Positions 38,839-52,359 are shown, counted from the stretch's first letter. The stretch: DNA of 64,000 bases from Tubulanus polymorphus (GCF_964204645.1 NC_134028.1:21944345-22008344); one strand, 5' to 3'. A program made the numbers and translations. The notes: a model not told the origin generated them from the letters alone.

Positions 38839-39078
38839 ATGAAATTGTCGGCAGTTTTTGTATTGTGTGTTTTACTGGTGGTCGCCGTTACTGGTGATCA
38901 AATAGAACGAGCTCTTCGAGACGCTGAAAATGCTGGACACGACCCGCTGGAGTTGATGGAGGCCAGACGAACCGTTCAACTGATGAAACGAGGATGGTTC
39001 AAGAAAGTCTGGAGAAAAATCAAGGAACACTGTTCTATTGGTTACGACGGTGGCTTCAGAGCTCAATGCAGTGGTTAG
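38839..39078 (+). CDS. Secreted prepro-peptide, candidate antimicrobial/cytolytic peptide copy 1; predicted mature GWFKKVWRKIKEHCSIGYDGGFRAQCSG
   Basis: 19-aa signal, 32-aa acidic pro-region ending in KR, 28-aa cationic amphipathic mature peptide with C-x11-C. A conserved paralog lies at 57508-57747. Confidence 0.88.
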   Translation: MKLSAVFVLCVLLVVAVTGDQIERALRDAENAGHDPLELMEARRTVQLMKRGWFKKVWRKIKEHCSIGYDGGFRAQCSG

Positions 39079-40345
39079 AATCATTAAATGAACACATGAT
39101 ATACTTTCATGAATAGTAAATATAGTATATAGGTTTATTGAGTAAACGGTAATAATGTATTGAGTCTAATTTTTTTACCATTTCTGAGACACTGTCATTT
39201 GATTCCAAAAAGGTGGTTAGACACACGTTTTAATTATTATCCGTGTAATCGCATAGTTGCAGGGGTCATTATCTGGGGTTTTAGAAAATTTGGGACGTAG
39301 CAATAGATAATCAGGGCTCCGTAATCAACTGTGGCAATCGAGGACCAATCACCAGGCGAAATAGTGCGCGTTATGACATACTAACAGGATTTAATCTCAG
39401 AAAAACTTTGCAAAATACCTTTCCTTCTATAGACGAACGGACGACCGACGAAAAGTGAACGCAGAGAACAAATTCAATTAGTAATCCCCAACTGCAAATC
39501 TGCTAAAATAACATATTACCATGATTTTCATATTTATCATTTTGCGGTTTTCAATTTTCATTTTTAAGACGAATGCATACTACGTATGGTAAATATGTTA
39601 ATGCGATTAAGTATCAAATATTTTCTAATCACTGGATTATTGATACAATATGATTAAGATATCATTTGAAGATAAACTAAACCTTATTTACGTGACGTAA
39701 CACCGCATCTTGTCACTGCGTTTGACCACCAATACCTGGCGAAGTCGAAAAAACATATGGCTGCAAGACCACCACATGCTGAACGGAACTATTCTAGAAA
39801 AGCTCACACAAATACGCATTATATGTTATTAGAGTTTTATAGATAAAGTACGTACGAAAAAAACGAATAATTCCGATAAAACTTGATGGAAATAAATCAC
39901 TTAAGATTGGGTTAGTCTTTCTATTCTCAGATTTTATCACCCGACTGTTTGTATTTACAAGCTCATTGTTGCTTCAAACCAGCCCTTCGTCATAATGCCT
40001 ACTCAGGGTATCACCTATATCGAATCATTATTTATTGATGTTATCAATGGTTTGTAGGAAAATGAAATCCATTTATATCAATATCAAGATCACCCAGAAA
40101 TGGTTGGAGCACTCAACAATGGATGGAACATCCGGCAATTGATGGCACGGCGTCCCGGTGTCCAATTTAGAACGTAAAATCCGTAACCCAGCTGAATATT
40201 TCATCTTATCCAACCTTGTTATCAGACATTAATCAACATCTACACGCGAGTTTTATATTATCATGGATTCAAAGATTAGGACGATTTGGTTTTGTATATT
40301 TCACGATACTCATGAGTTACGAATATTCGTTTTGTTTTCGAATCA

Positions 40346-43300
40346 TTAACTGATGACATAATTTACGTAAACTACAGCGGTTATTGTAAGTAATGTAACG
40401 TATGATTTGGTCTGTGCGCCTTTGCTCGTTGTACAAATGTTGTATCTTTTATCCGACTCATGACAGTGGTTTTTATTCGGTCCGATACAAGCGGCGTAGC
40501 CCATCGCGTGCGCTATATAATTCTGTTCAACGACCCCGTTAAACAGGAATGACATCGGTCCTCGCGCGTAGATCGACACGTCTTCGCCACCGTGCGTCTC
40601 CTCTTTCAGGTTGATACCGGATTCCTGCCTATATTTCAAAGCCCCTGCCGAGAGATAGAGAAAGTATGTGAACGTTATCACAAAAATAACGGGTTTTATG
40701 CTGCTGCTGCGGCAAGTGATGAACCGCCAGGATCGCTAGTAGTTACTTAGTCGTCTCCGTGTGGCTCCGTCGGTAGAGTGCTGCGCTACTGTGCTTGCGT
40801 GTTCGAATCTCTAGCGTTCAATGAAGCCTCTTCGTTCGACTGTGGCAATCGAGGATTCCGCTTTTGCCACAGAAATGTGAAATATTTGACCCCCACAAAT
40901 TTCCTCACAAATCAACAATGCAACCCTGATTCTGCAAAGGTTTTACTGATACCAAGACCCATCACAGCAACCCCTTGCCCACAAACATCCAACCGCCAGA
41001 TTTTCGAACCCGCTCCCCTGTCAGGATGGAATTAGGACCAATCCCTTGTGAAAATGTAGTGTGCAGTTTGGGGTTTTAATTGACAAACCTGTTTGTTTTG
41101 GCGTGAGTAGTTGACGGGAACCGTTAGTTTTACTGATGGCGTAACCGGGTCCGTTAGTGTACATGAGAGTCGTGAACGGTAGATTGGACGTGTCGTTTTC
41201 GTAATCATTCAAACCTGAAATTATCGATAAGTATAAATAAGATTTCATTATACAAATCAATTAAATGATAACAATAAATTCATTAATTCGTGATTCACCA
41301 AACAAACAGGCAATATTGTGAATAAAGCTAAAAAGCAAAGATCACGGGTTTTTTGCCTGGCCGATATGAACGCCCGCACTATGAAGCCTGCGAAGTTTCT
41401 TCGACATCGGTCTTTATAAGTTAGTTCATGTACGGTTTTCTTTCAGGAAGCGTCACATACGGGTTAAGACATGCACTAGATATGTGGACCGAAATGAGCG
41501 TCAAGAAACAAAGTCATGATGCAACAACTTCGAAGTGTATCGAGGATAACGAAGACACAATGCTTCCACTAATACAGCCCATCGGTGGCGGTTGTATGAA
41601 CTAAAAAGGACACGGGCGGTCAAGATTAATGTGCGCCGACATAAACTCAGGAAATACTATACGATTACATAGATAGCATAGAGTTCGGTGTTAATATATG
41701 AAAATGGTTGGTATCAAAAATGCATAAAGAGATTCCTTTAAGAGATGTTTTTTTTGCTGGTATGAATTATACATTATGCATTATAGATAGAGTCTTGGAT
41801 GCTGCACCATAGATTGCGGAGACTTGGCATACTCAACGACAAAAGATAATCAGGGAATTTACAACATTTTAGGGGCTGTCATGTATACATCACTTATTGT
41901 ATCTAACCACCAATATGGCGTCGTCGAAAAAGCTACAATCATGACTATACGAACTGTATATGTATGTCAATATCGAGGCATTTTTGATGGTATATACTTC
42001 AAAGGATCAGACACTTTTATATGCACAAAATCTATTTCGGTGAAGGTCAAACATCGAACTATAGAATACAATACTCTTTGATATCTCTATATCGATATAT
42101 ATGCACTATCGAATATACGACGAACTGTGCAAAAAAATTCGTGGAATCCTGCGCGTTGTCTTTCACTAGCCAACTAGCCACTTAGCTACTAACTAAGAAT
42201 AGGATTTTTTTTTATTCGGTAGACGTCCTGAATTAAATGTAATCTTATGAATCATGTGTCTTAATTTTCAAGCCGACTTGTCGGAAAAGAAGAGGATTCT
42301 TTTGATAACGATATCTCGCAAAGTTTTTTTCATGCCGTACCCGACGTTAGAAACGCGAAAACCTTACCGAATAGAGGACTTCCTCTAGTGGGATATCCCC
42401 CAAGATCAAATACATGCGAATGATCGGCAGTTACGACGGTTAATGTATCTCTAACCGAAGTGAGTTGTTCTACCTCTCCGATCGCTGCTTCAAACGCCCA
42501 GCTGTCTATGATTGCCAGTTTTGCCCATGACTCGTGATGACCGTGATCGATTCTGCCGCCTATAAAATCAACATAAAGTCAATCAGAGATCAAGCATATT
42601 ATAACAATAAACTTAAAAGTTTATCAATAAACTTAAACTTAAACTTATAACTCCGAGTAATCAATGATTACTCCAAGCATATACAGGACTAGCACGATAC
42701 CCGTCTTAGACTGGTTGATAGGTAAAACATAAACACATCAGCGGTACAGTACGAAAAATAGCTCATGAACTTTAGGCTACAGTTCACCAATTTCCTCACA
42801 GAGGGCGACATCCTCCAAAATGGCTGATGATGTTTTGTATTTCATTTTGCTATGATTTTTTTAAACTTAATCTAATACCTCCTTGTATATATTCTAATTT
42901 CTAACAATGATAAATACCTTCCCGTGGATATTCAGGACCAAAGAATCGACACATCAACATGAGACTCCCCGCCCAATAACCTGGATGAGTTCTCCAAAAA
43001 CCTCCAACCAATTTGTATAGTTATCCAGGAAGAAAGACACTAAATATTTGGATGGATACATGAAAGCTGTGGGTACTGGAGTGTGTAATGGGTAGTGTAG
43101 TGTGATCTGTGTGCATTTGTGGCCAGCACACAGATCACATTGTTCAATGGGGTTTGGTCCAGGACTCGCGAGATTTTCAACAACACGGAAGTAACGTGTA
43201 ATAAATGATGACTTGAATTGCATGACTACCTACCACCCCTCATTATTGTTGGAAAACTAAACGTTCCGCACTGACTAAAAATTAGTAATAACATTTTTGA

Positions 43301-46300
43301 AATGGCCAGAATTTTAACTTAGGTTCCATCTCATTTTTATTTTACAATAACGATTGGTATAATTTTTTTCTATCGGCTAGATAACAATCACCCGTGCAGT
43401 GTTTTGTCGATTGTGTCGTTTTACCTTCTACGAGTAAGAAGAATCCGTTTTTATTCTTCTTCAGAATCTCGATGGCTTTTTTGGTCATTTCAGCAATAGA
43501 CGGTTCACCCGCTGTATCATTGAGCCTTTCACCTTCGTACTGCATATGACTGTATTCGAATAACCCTTGAATATCAAGTAAATGAAAAGTACATGTAAGT
43601 CCAAAAACCGTTATGGATGTGAAATCTTGGTTTCTACGAAAAATGAAGCAATCTTTTTTTCATTTACCTAAAACACGGTCAACATTTTTCGGGTTAATTT
43701 GATCGAATCCATTCTTATCGTGGACGTACGTGTGTCTTAGGTTGGCTTTCTTCTGGTTGGCTTTCCATTCCTGCATAACACCATTACAATAACGACTCGT
43801 ACAGTATTAAACAGTAATATATACGGGCAGAAAAATCGTGGGTCTTTCGTCGAATGCAACATTATTCACAAATATCAAATAATATTCGATTTACTAGGAA
43901 ACCCTTAGCATATGAACTACGCGGTTTTTGGTTCTGGCCACCCTGGATAAGCCCCCCCCCCCCTGGACAACGCACATGTGCTTGCTTCCGCGTAACTTCG
44001 CTCTATTGGTGGTGAAATACGAAAAGCAACTTATCCGATAGATATGGTGGCTGATAAGGGCCATAGCGTAAAATTCCTGGTATGTAAATGAGGGCGCCAG
44101 AACGCCAGAACGCCAAAACGAAAAAAAAACGTCCAATTTTCTCTAGAAGTTCGTTTTGGCGCGCCAAAACAAAGAAAATTCCGTTTTGGCACCCCCGCCA
44201 AAACGAACTTTCATTTTGGCGCCCCCGCCAAAACAACGAAAAACGTCCAATTTTCTCTGAAAGTTCGTTTTGGCGCACCAAAACGGAGAAAATTCCGTTT
44301 TGGCGACCCCGCCAAAACGAACTTTCATTTTGGCGCCCCCACCAAAACGAACTTTCGTTTTGGCGGCCACGCCAAAACAATGAAAAACGTCGAAATTTCT
44401 CTAAAAGTTCGTTTTGGCGCGCCAAAACGAAGAAAATTCCGTTTTGGCGCCCCCGCCAAAACAACGAAAAACGTCCAATTTTCTCTGAAAGTTCGTTTTG
44501 GCGCGCCAAAACAAAGAAAAGTTCGTTTTGGCGCGGTTATTTCCGTTTTGGCGCCCCCGCCAAAACAAGCATTCAACGACAATAAAATTATTTTTCAATT
44601 TGGCGCGTTGATCTTGTGTGTAATTTGCATAAATTTGCATATATGAAAATATTTTACGTATATATAGAATTATTTTACGTGGTTTAAAGTTCGTTTTGGC
44701 GGGGGCGCCAAAACAGAATATTCGTTGTTTTGGCGCGCCAAAACGAACTTTTAGAGAAATTTCGACGTTTTTCGTTGTTTTGCGGGGGCGCCAAAATGAA
44801 AGTTTGTTTTGGCGGGGGCGCCAAAACGGAATATTCGTTGTTTTGGTGCGCCAAAACGAACTTTTAGAGAAATTTCGACGTTTTTCGTTGTTTTGGCGGG
44901 GGCGCCAAAATGAAAGTTCGTTTTGGCGTGGGCGTCAAAACGGAATTTTCTCCGTTTTGGTGCGCCAAAACGAACTTTTAGAGAAATTTCGACGTTTTTC
45001 GTTGTTTTGGTGGGGGCGCCAAAACGGAATTTTCTTTGTTTTGGCGCGCCAAAACGAACTTTTGGACGAGAAAATTGGACGTTTTTTTTCGTTTTGGCGT
45101 TCTGGCATTTACATACCAGGAATTTTACGCTATGGCCCGTATCAGCCACCATAGATAGACCCTAGACTTTCGTAAATCCCTTCAATTCAGTAACATAGTT
45201 CAATCATAGCAAAAATATCCTTTTTGAGCGCCTTTATGCAAATATATGCAAATTTAACTCAGGGGCAAAGCGCCATATTGAAATTACCGCGCCAAAAGGG
45301 CAAAAAATCCGTGTTTAAAATTTTAAATCAACTTCGTACTTCCATTCTGGTGTCCTCATTTGCATATCAGGAATTTTACTTCATAGCCCGAATCAGTCAC
45401 CCTAAAGAACCCTCCGCGCTGTGCCACTCATGCATAACGGTGGCAATCATGCATAACAGAAGGGAATTCATACTAAAATTTTAGCATATTTTATTTCATT
45501 GCTTGTCTAAAAGTTGAAAAACAATAACTAATTGTTCCGAGATTTACGAGATCAGTTAACATGACCTATCTCGGAGTTCGAAGAATAACCTACTTAATAC
45601 GACTATATCATAGTATGTCTTTCTATTTTTTTCCGTAACGCAAACGCGCTATAGCTTTTTGCCTTTGTGCGTTTATTATTTGTTGAGATATAATATATAT
45701 GCGCAAACATACGAGCTTCGAATATAATTCAACCAACGTCGAAAACGAATCAGATTAAAAAAAAAAAAGACTGTCAACACTTTGTATTTATTCGTGATAT
45801 ATTTGCGTCATCGCGAAAGGTTAAAATACGTATATCAAAACAGAGGTAAAAAAAAAAAACTGTGATCACGTCGTGTGAATTACTGAATATAGTTCTCTGA
45901 GTTTCAGTTTCAGGCTTGTCCGTCAAAAATTCGGTACCACCTGAGGATGTCCTATTTTTCTTTGGTTCAAATCTTTGGAAATTGCAACAGGGTTTTATTT
46001 TTCAAAGTTTTCCTAGGGAGGGCCTCGACACCCCCCTTATGGCTTCTCGCCACTCGTGGATAGTATAATTATCGCGCTTTTCACCGGGTGCTTCCCCTCG
46101 GTCAGTATAAGCTCTGAATCCGCTTCTGATTGGTGCTCGTGAAATATTTGTATATCATTCTAATTGATGCGGGCCAGTTTTTGTTGATGTCACAGAACTA
46201 TTTCCTACCGTTACAAGGTTTCGACCATCTGTTCGTTTTCCTTTCTTGTTTGGATACTCCGGATCTGTGTCACTTTTCGTGTAAAAGTGGCAACGACCTC

Positions 46301-48522
46301 CTCCGAATATCACCTACAACAAAAATATACATACGGTAAAAGATGAAATAACAAAACATGTTCGACGGCTCAATAAATATGGTTCGTTTTTTCCACTATT
46401 TCATCACTGGCGAATCGAATCTAATCTAAAACAATATTGCATCACATTCTGTTTTCGCGTCAAGACCTGTGTTTATTTGCACCGAAAATCATCGCCGTCC
46501 GAACTCCTAAATTCGTTTTGATATTACATACGATAAAGCTCGGTCAAAATCACGTTCAGGCGTTTTGTCAAGAGCACTTCAATAAGGCTCTAAGAACCCA
46601 GTTTTACCAGGCTATCGTTTCGAATGATCGGCGGTTCTATACTGATCTTCCTCGCTGAGCAATGGTCGCGTGTTACTACAACGCTATCGATGAACAACAC
46701 CACATCGTTACTGAATCTCCACGAATGGACATGTACTTACGTCGAGATCTTTCCCATCTCCGTCTATGAGTTGAGCGGCGATATCTTTACATTTTCCAAC
46801 ATCGGGCGCTGGTATTTTTGTGTTATCCTCCCAGTTCCGATCGACTGACTGTGCGTACAGCGCTCCCGGTGTCGCGTGAGTAACCTTAGTAGTCGTTACC
46901 ATTCCGACACTTTTCCCTAGATCGTATGAAACATTAGTTTAAGCGGCTTGAATAAAGCAATCCGTTGACATTTTTTTACAGTTTGAAAAGACCCACAACG
47001 ATAAAACAATCATACATCTTAGACTACTGAAACTGATGAGCTTAAACTCAACATGTCTATCGATGTTTTCAAAGACATCATCAGAAATCCCCGAAATTGT
47101 TGTGGCGTCAATGAAGCATTTCATTTCTTCAAACATCATGTGGGATTTCACTTTCGTGTGAACCCATTGATTCTCTCCAGTAACTCAGAACTAGATGGGA
47201 TGATACTGTTGCATTGACTTAGCATCAGCGCTCAGTGACAAGCGGGTTCGAGTCCTGCTTGTTGCGTATAATGCACGGGCCGTGGACCCCAGTGGGGTTA
47301 GTCTTGGGTAACCAAGATCCGAACCACGTGAAGTAAGATATATAGAATTATATCTCAAAAGCCACATACGTATCGCTTCAAACGTAGCAACTTTTATCGA
47401 CTATTAGTATTTGAATGAAGTCTTGACAAATAGTATATATAATGGTGGTCCACAATAGCACAATTCCGTATCTCAACATCTCATATAGATTGTATGGAAT
47501 GAGACATTAAGAATCATGAACAAACTTTACTTGCGACGATATGGGTCCAAAGTGCAACGATCAATGTTTGTATTGTATTTGTAGTTTGGTGCCTACCTGC
47601 ATCCTTCGCCCATTTTAGGATCGAATGGAATTTGTTATTCGGGTCGAGCGTGGAGCATTTACCGCGTTCAACAGTGTCGTCGACGCCTAGAACTCCGTAC
47701 TTGGTCTTAAAACCGCACAGCATAGCAGTGGCGGTACCAGCCGAATCAGCCACTTGATGGTCTGTATTATACGTCTAATGCAGAAATGGAAAATATATTC
47801 TATTCATTCATATTGTTCAACTTGGATTGACTTTCAACTTGAAAATCAATGCGCCGAATAACAGAAATACCAGCGTTAAACGATTACAAATCGAAAGCAT
47901 GATTTTGTTCAGACCTTGGATAACGCGACATTCGGGAATTTATCGTAGACCAGCTGGGTTTCTTCGCCTAGTTGACCTTGCGATTGACCCTTGTATATTC
48001 GAGTAGCTACGACAGTCGGCAGTCCCATTCCGTCGCCGATGAAAATAATGACGTTTTTGGCGACATTGATATTTGGCATATGATCCAATCTGTCTTTAAG
48101 CGTATCTTGGCCAATTTTGTTCCAGAAATCGGCATCTATACATAATTCAGAAAAATACATAATACATTTTTCATCTAACCTTAACTATACTGTAAGGACG
48201 TTTAGAATTCTATTTCGACAAAATGAACATAATGGCCTTAAATTATAAACATTTCAGTCGACTCTATCAAATAGATAATCAATCAGACGTCCTTAACAAA
48301 AATATATCATATATTTTCTTAAACAGCGCACTCTAACAAACTATAATCAGCGCGCTATACATCAGTACGAATTTCAATTTTAGCTGAGCAATTTTAGTAT
48401 CTCATTCCTCTGTTTTCTTAAAATGACTTACTCTCTGTTTTACGCGGTACGGCGCAGTCCAAGCCGGTCAAGTAAAAAAGCGGGACGCACGCTACAACAA
48501 CTACTACCGCTCGGTAAGACAT
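40346..48522 (-). CDS. ALPL: Alkaline phosphatase (tissue-nonspecific-like, probably GPI-anchored); 10 coding exons: 48522-48432, 48135-47915, 47774-47597, 46916-46741, 46313-46209, 43770-43668, 43565-43425, 42559-42368, 41214-41089, 40644-40346
   Basis: Signal peptide; [22 protein letters not shown] (catalytic Ser), [50 protein letters not shown]; hydrophobic C-tail. The symbol denotes the family, not proven orthology. Confidence 0.95.
44043..45153. mobile_element. 1.1-kb foldback element with internally repetitive inverted arms, in an ALP intron
   Basis: Ends TATGGTGGCTGATA.GGGCCATAGCGTAAAATTCCTGGTATGTAAATG and its reverse complement. Arms are built of TTTTGGCG..GCCAAAA units. GATAGA directly flanks both sides (44037-44042, 45154-45159). 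Confidence 0.88.
45220..45401. repeat. Degenerate short relative of the foldback element
   Basis: TTTATGCAAAT..TGCAAAT matches the foldback centre in reverse; CATTTGCATATCAGGAATTTTAC..CATAGCCCG.ATCAG.CACC matches its right terminus. Confidence 0.6.
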
Positions 48523-49697
48523 CGTGTGGCGCTTTGAATATACTATCGGAATGACTCGAATGATCACTTATGATAGTGACGACGCTATTCGACAAAACAT
48601 ATGTGACCACTTATTGAGCGCGCACACCGACGAAGTCTAGTCACATTATAACACCAGCTTTCACATGCAACGCGCTAGATTCACAACGTATATGAGTATA
48701 TATGTACCTAATTTAATCATTATTCGTAATACATAATAAACAAAGGACGCACAAAGCATTTCATTAACTGAAACTTCTGAATATCCAGGTAATTACGACT
48801 GAATAATTTCTAAATCGGGGCAATTATGGGACATGGTGTCTGTTCTAGGTTCAATGATCTGGTGTGGTGACAGATCGTTAGATTTACTGCTGATCGGTCG
48901 ACAGCAGCCGGTTCGCTTGTTTCTATATCTTGCTTTTTTAGTAGTTCGGATCTTGTAGTTTCCGCCCAAGACTAACTCTATTGGATTGTTCAGTTAATCT
49001 CACGATGGGACCCTACACACTGTATGCAGTCAACAGGACCCGGGAACCAAACCCCACTTCGAGCATGTCATCCATCACAATGTAGGTAGTAAGCCTACAT
49101 TACAAAGTACCTTAACCAAAACAACTGTAACTTTGAACCCGAGTCCGGCATTTAGTTGTCAGCCCTGGTGACTTAAAGTCGCTACCGAAGTTGAGCGCAA
49201 TGTGGAGCTGCCAACCCTACTGTTGCGATCGAGGATTCAACTGATGGCAGGCGAGGATTTCCCTAGTAGTTACTCGGTTGAATGGACTTATCTTCGGGGT
49301 AATTCTATCATTAATGAAAACTTGACAACAATCACCGAGTAAAGAAAATTAATTTGGTGTGTATTTGATGGTTCTGGTGATAATATATCTGGATTCGGGA
49401 GCCTAAGAATACAGTATAAAGTTGATCGAAAATGAACTAATTTTGACAACGTAAGACTGAGTGCTTGGCACGCCGGCTAATGGGATAACTGGAGTTCGGC
49501 GCCCCCATTCAAAGAAGGCTCGAAATCATTTTATCACAGTAGAGAGAATCCTATAGGATATAGTCGAAACGTTGAAATAAACTACTATCTCGAAGTTACA
49601 TTTTCGGACTTTTTCTTATCATTGTGGGATTCTCTCTACATCGCGTCAACACGGATATAGTGTTCTATCAATCGTAATCATTTTATCAGAGTCCATC

Positions 49698-50690
49698 TCA
49701 GAATTTTCGTCCGAACAAACCTAATGTCAAACACCAAACTAAAGTTTGGAGAAATCCCCTCCGGATGAACGCGTAGATGAATAGATTAACGGATACATTG
49801 AACATCTCGAACATGAGAAACGCAAAGAAAAAATAGAAATAGTCAATCGAACCGTATTGTTTATTAGCGATAACTTCATACGTCCCTTCGAGAAAACTGA
49901 CGAAACATAAACTCACTACGACCAGCGCTATGTTGACTGTGTTTCGGTTTGTTTTCCCTTTAGATAAGTCCTTTCGCTTTAGGTTCGCCGCTAGGATCGT
50001 AAACACGACGTGAATATTCAACAGCATCGCCAACGAGAACGGCAACGTTTTCGTCAGGATCGAATCGACAGTGAAGAAAAAACCCCACAGAAACGACTGC
50101 CACACCGGGCCGTAGTCGGCGATCGTGAATTTCAGAACGACTCGATCGCGATCGCCGCAAGAAGCCGTTTCGATCATCTTAACGACGAAGTACTGCGGCA
50201 GCGTATGAACCCCGGCGAATAGAAACAGCGAGCACGTTACGAGTTTAGCTCTGTGAACGGTGCAATACCGTGGCGCCTTCAACGGGAATATAACCGCTAT
50301 GTAGCGATCTACGGTAACGGCTAAAGTGACCGATTGACTGGTGTATCTAGAGACCATTACGACGTAGTCTATCCCGGCGTATTTACGGGCGATTTCGCGC
50401 GACCAATCGCCGTCGACGTAACCGTACAGTTGTAGGTAGTAGTTCAGTTTCGACAAGGTGCTCGATAAGGACGCGATTCCGTCAGCGATGGCCAGAGCTC
50501 GCAAGTAGAATATACCGCTTCCGCGATGTCGCATCGCCGTAAACACGACGAAACTGAACAGATTACCAACAACTCCTATCACGCACATAGTCCCGTAGAT
50601 ACCGAACAAAACGGCCGTCAGCAAACTTCTGTCGTATTCGCTACAAATCCAATCCGTTCTCTCTGAATCATTCGCCAGTGAGAGATCCAT
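49698..50690 (-). CDS. Intronless rhodopsin-family GPCR (peptide-receptor-like clade)
   Basis: GVVGN (TM1), YLRALAIAD (TM2), TVDRYIAVIFPLKA (DRY), HTLPQYF (TM4), LPF (TM5), NVSVNLFIY (TM7). Start MDLSLANDS carries an N-glycosylation sequon. Confidence 0.9.
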   Translation of the reverse strand: MDLSLANDSERTDWICSEYDRSLLTAVLFGIYGTMCVIGVVGNLFSFVVFTAMRHRGSGIFYLRALAIADGIASLSSTLSKLNYYLQLYGYVDGDWSREIARKYAGIDYVVMVSRYTSQSVTLAVTVDRYIAVIFPLKAPRYCTVHRAKLVTCSLFLFAGVHTLPQYFVVKMIETASCGDRDRVVLKFTIADYGPVWQSFLWGFFFTVDSILTKTLPFSLAMLLNIHVVFTILAANLKRKDLSKGKTNRNTVNIALVVVSLCFVSFLEGTYEVIANKQYGSIDYFYFFFAFLMFEMFNVSVNLFIYAFIRRGFLQTLVWCLTLGLFGRKF

Positions 50691-51744
50691 ATTTGGCGGC
50701 ACGAACAACTCGTTTGTTTATCTTTTCAGAAACGTGTGGCGTGCTTGTCATGCGAATCTTAACCGAAGCGAAATTCGAGTCGTCTTATTCACATGGATTT
50801 TGCCATCAGCAAATGGTGTCAGGAAACCATCTTTTCACTTTTATATACATATGTGTATTAAGTTTCGCATAAGTCTATTATGAAATGGCGATTTTTACGT
50901 GCAACGTGTGTACGTTAACACGCGAGTGAATGTAAAATTATAGGTATATATATATTGTTGGATTGGGCGAAAATATCTGTTTGAAAGCATTTCGCTAAAG
51001 ATTCATAACAATAGTAATAACAAAGAGTAAAATCCGTTGGAATAAGGTTTCCTAAAATATGAGGTGTGAGGCGTTTGTTTCTATATACGTATGCGTGTGG
51101 GGCTATTCATTTAGAATTTCAAACATAACGCTATGAACGATGTAAAACTGTGGGGTTTAATTGGTACAGCTCGTGATATATTGTCGACGTCAGTATTAAT
51201 GAGTTTTACGATGCAGGAACTCTAATTATAGAAGGCATATCGTAGTTAACTCATCATTCCAAGTAGTAAGGGGGAGGGGAAAGCGTGTGTAATTTTACAA
51301 TAGATAAGAAAAGTTCTTTCGGATATTTCTTCAGGGGTATTGAACACAAAGTCGACTATTTATTTCAAATATTTAGCTGAAAAAAGAAATCGATATTAAT
51401 TTGAAACTTTTTTTTTCATCTGTATTCTGTTAGGTGGAAGCTGTATATTTCGAAATCACCGTTCAAGGCCGTATTTAGGTTAATTAAATGAATTCATTAT
51501 CGATTAACACCTTGAAGGCTGGTCTACAGTGCTTTCGTCGTTTCTTTTGAAGCGTATTCCTTGTGCCGCTTCCACCTGATTCCAATAACTGAAATCAAAA
51601 TCACACCCGTTCGTATATCTCTCCTCGGAATTTGTTAACGATGCGCATCAATGTGCATGGTGCATGCTACGAGCAATTGGAACCACGGGCAATTAGCGGT
51701 TTCTACTATACCTTAAGAAAAGAGTTAACAGTTGGTAGGAATTA

Positions 51745-51865
51745 TTCCTTCCTTGATGACGTGGGAAATCAGTCACAAGTATCCTCAATAGTACAAAAAG
51801 GAAATAGAAAGATTGAAACTATATAAATCTTCTCTATGAAAAGTTTTTTAGTGTGAACGTAGTAT
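51745..51865 (+). repeat. Dispersed ~120-bp repeat, second copy at ~62271-62388
   Basis: TTCCTTCCTTGATGACGTG.GAAATCAG.CACAAG...CAATAGTACAAAAAGGAAA.AGAAAGATTGAAACTAT.TAAAT is shared. Confidence 0.8.
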
Positions 51866-52359
51866 GATTGCTCGTAGGTGTACGTTAGTGTGTACGTGGT
51901 GTGTGTGCACGTGTTCGCATCTATAGGGATAAGGACCCATATAAACTTTCAGCTTCTCCTTACTCCTCGCACTTTATATTGTTACATCTATTATATATAT
52001 GATATGTATATTTATGTGTGTATGTATGGTATGTGCGTATTGTAATTTTTATCCTATGATCCAGTAATTACGTAACAATTTATTTTGCAAAATAATTAAA
52101 ATTCATTCATCAGAAACATTTTTGACGTGAATATTGCATAACTTTTTGATTCTTCCTATATTGATTCAGATAAGAAACGAGTATCATACACAATATAAGG
52201 TTTTATTTTCAAGGATATCGTCTTATATAATATTTTCAAGGATATCGTCTTATATAATATGTTGAATATACGACTAAACGAACCGGGCCAGTCGCTATTC
52301 GCAGATGCGATAGCATCACATTCTCGAATATCTAAATGCAGTCCAAAAATGTTCCGACG

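Noticed and set aside
40759-40812. tRNA-like A/B boxes (TGGCTCCGTCGGTAGAG...GTTCGAATC)
   Set aside because: No complete cloverleaf; at most a decayed SINE head.
42954-43223. 89-aa minus-strand ORF in an ALP intron
   Set aside because: Not needed for the ALP reading frame and has no recognisable motifs; possibly decayed TE sequence.
44100-45100. CRISPR-like appearance (palindromic repeats with spacers)
   Set aside because: Spacers are themselves repeated, the context is eukaryotic and intronic, and there are no cas genes.
44003-45165. Multiple overlapping repetitive ORFs (FWRGRQNE..., FGAPK...)
   Set aside because: By-products of the foldback element's stop-poor tandem units on both strands, inside an ALP intron.
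52204-52258. 27-bp direct duplication TATTTTCAAGGATATCGTCTTATATAA
   Set aside because: Ordinary slippage duplication in a 3' flank with no evident function.
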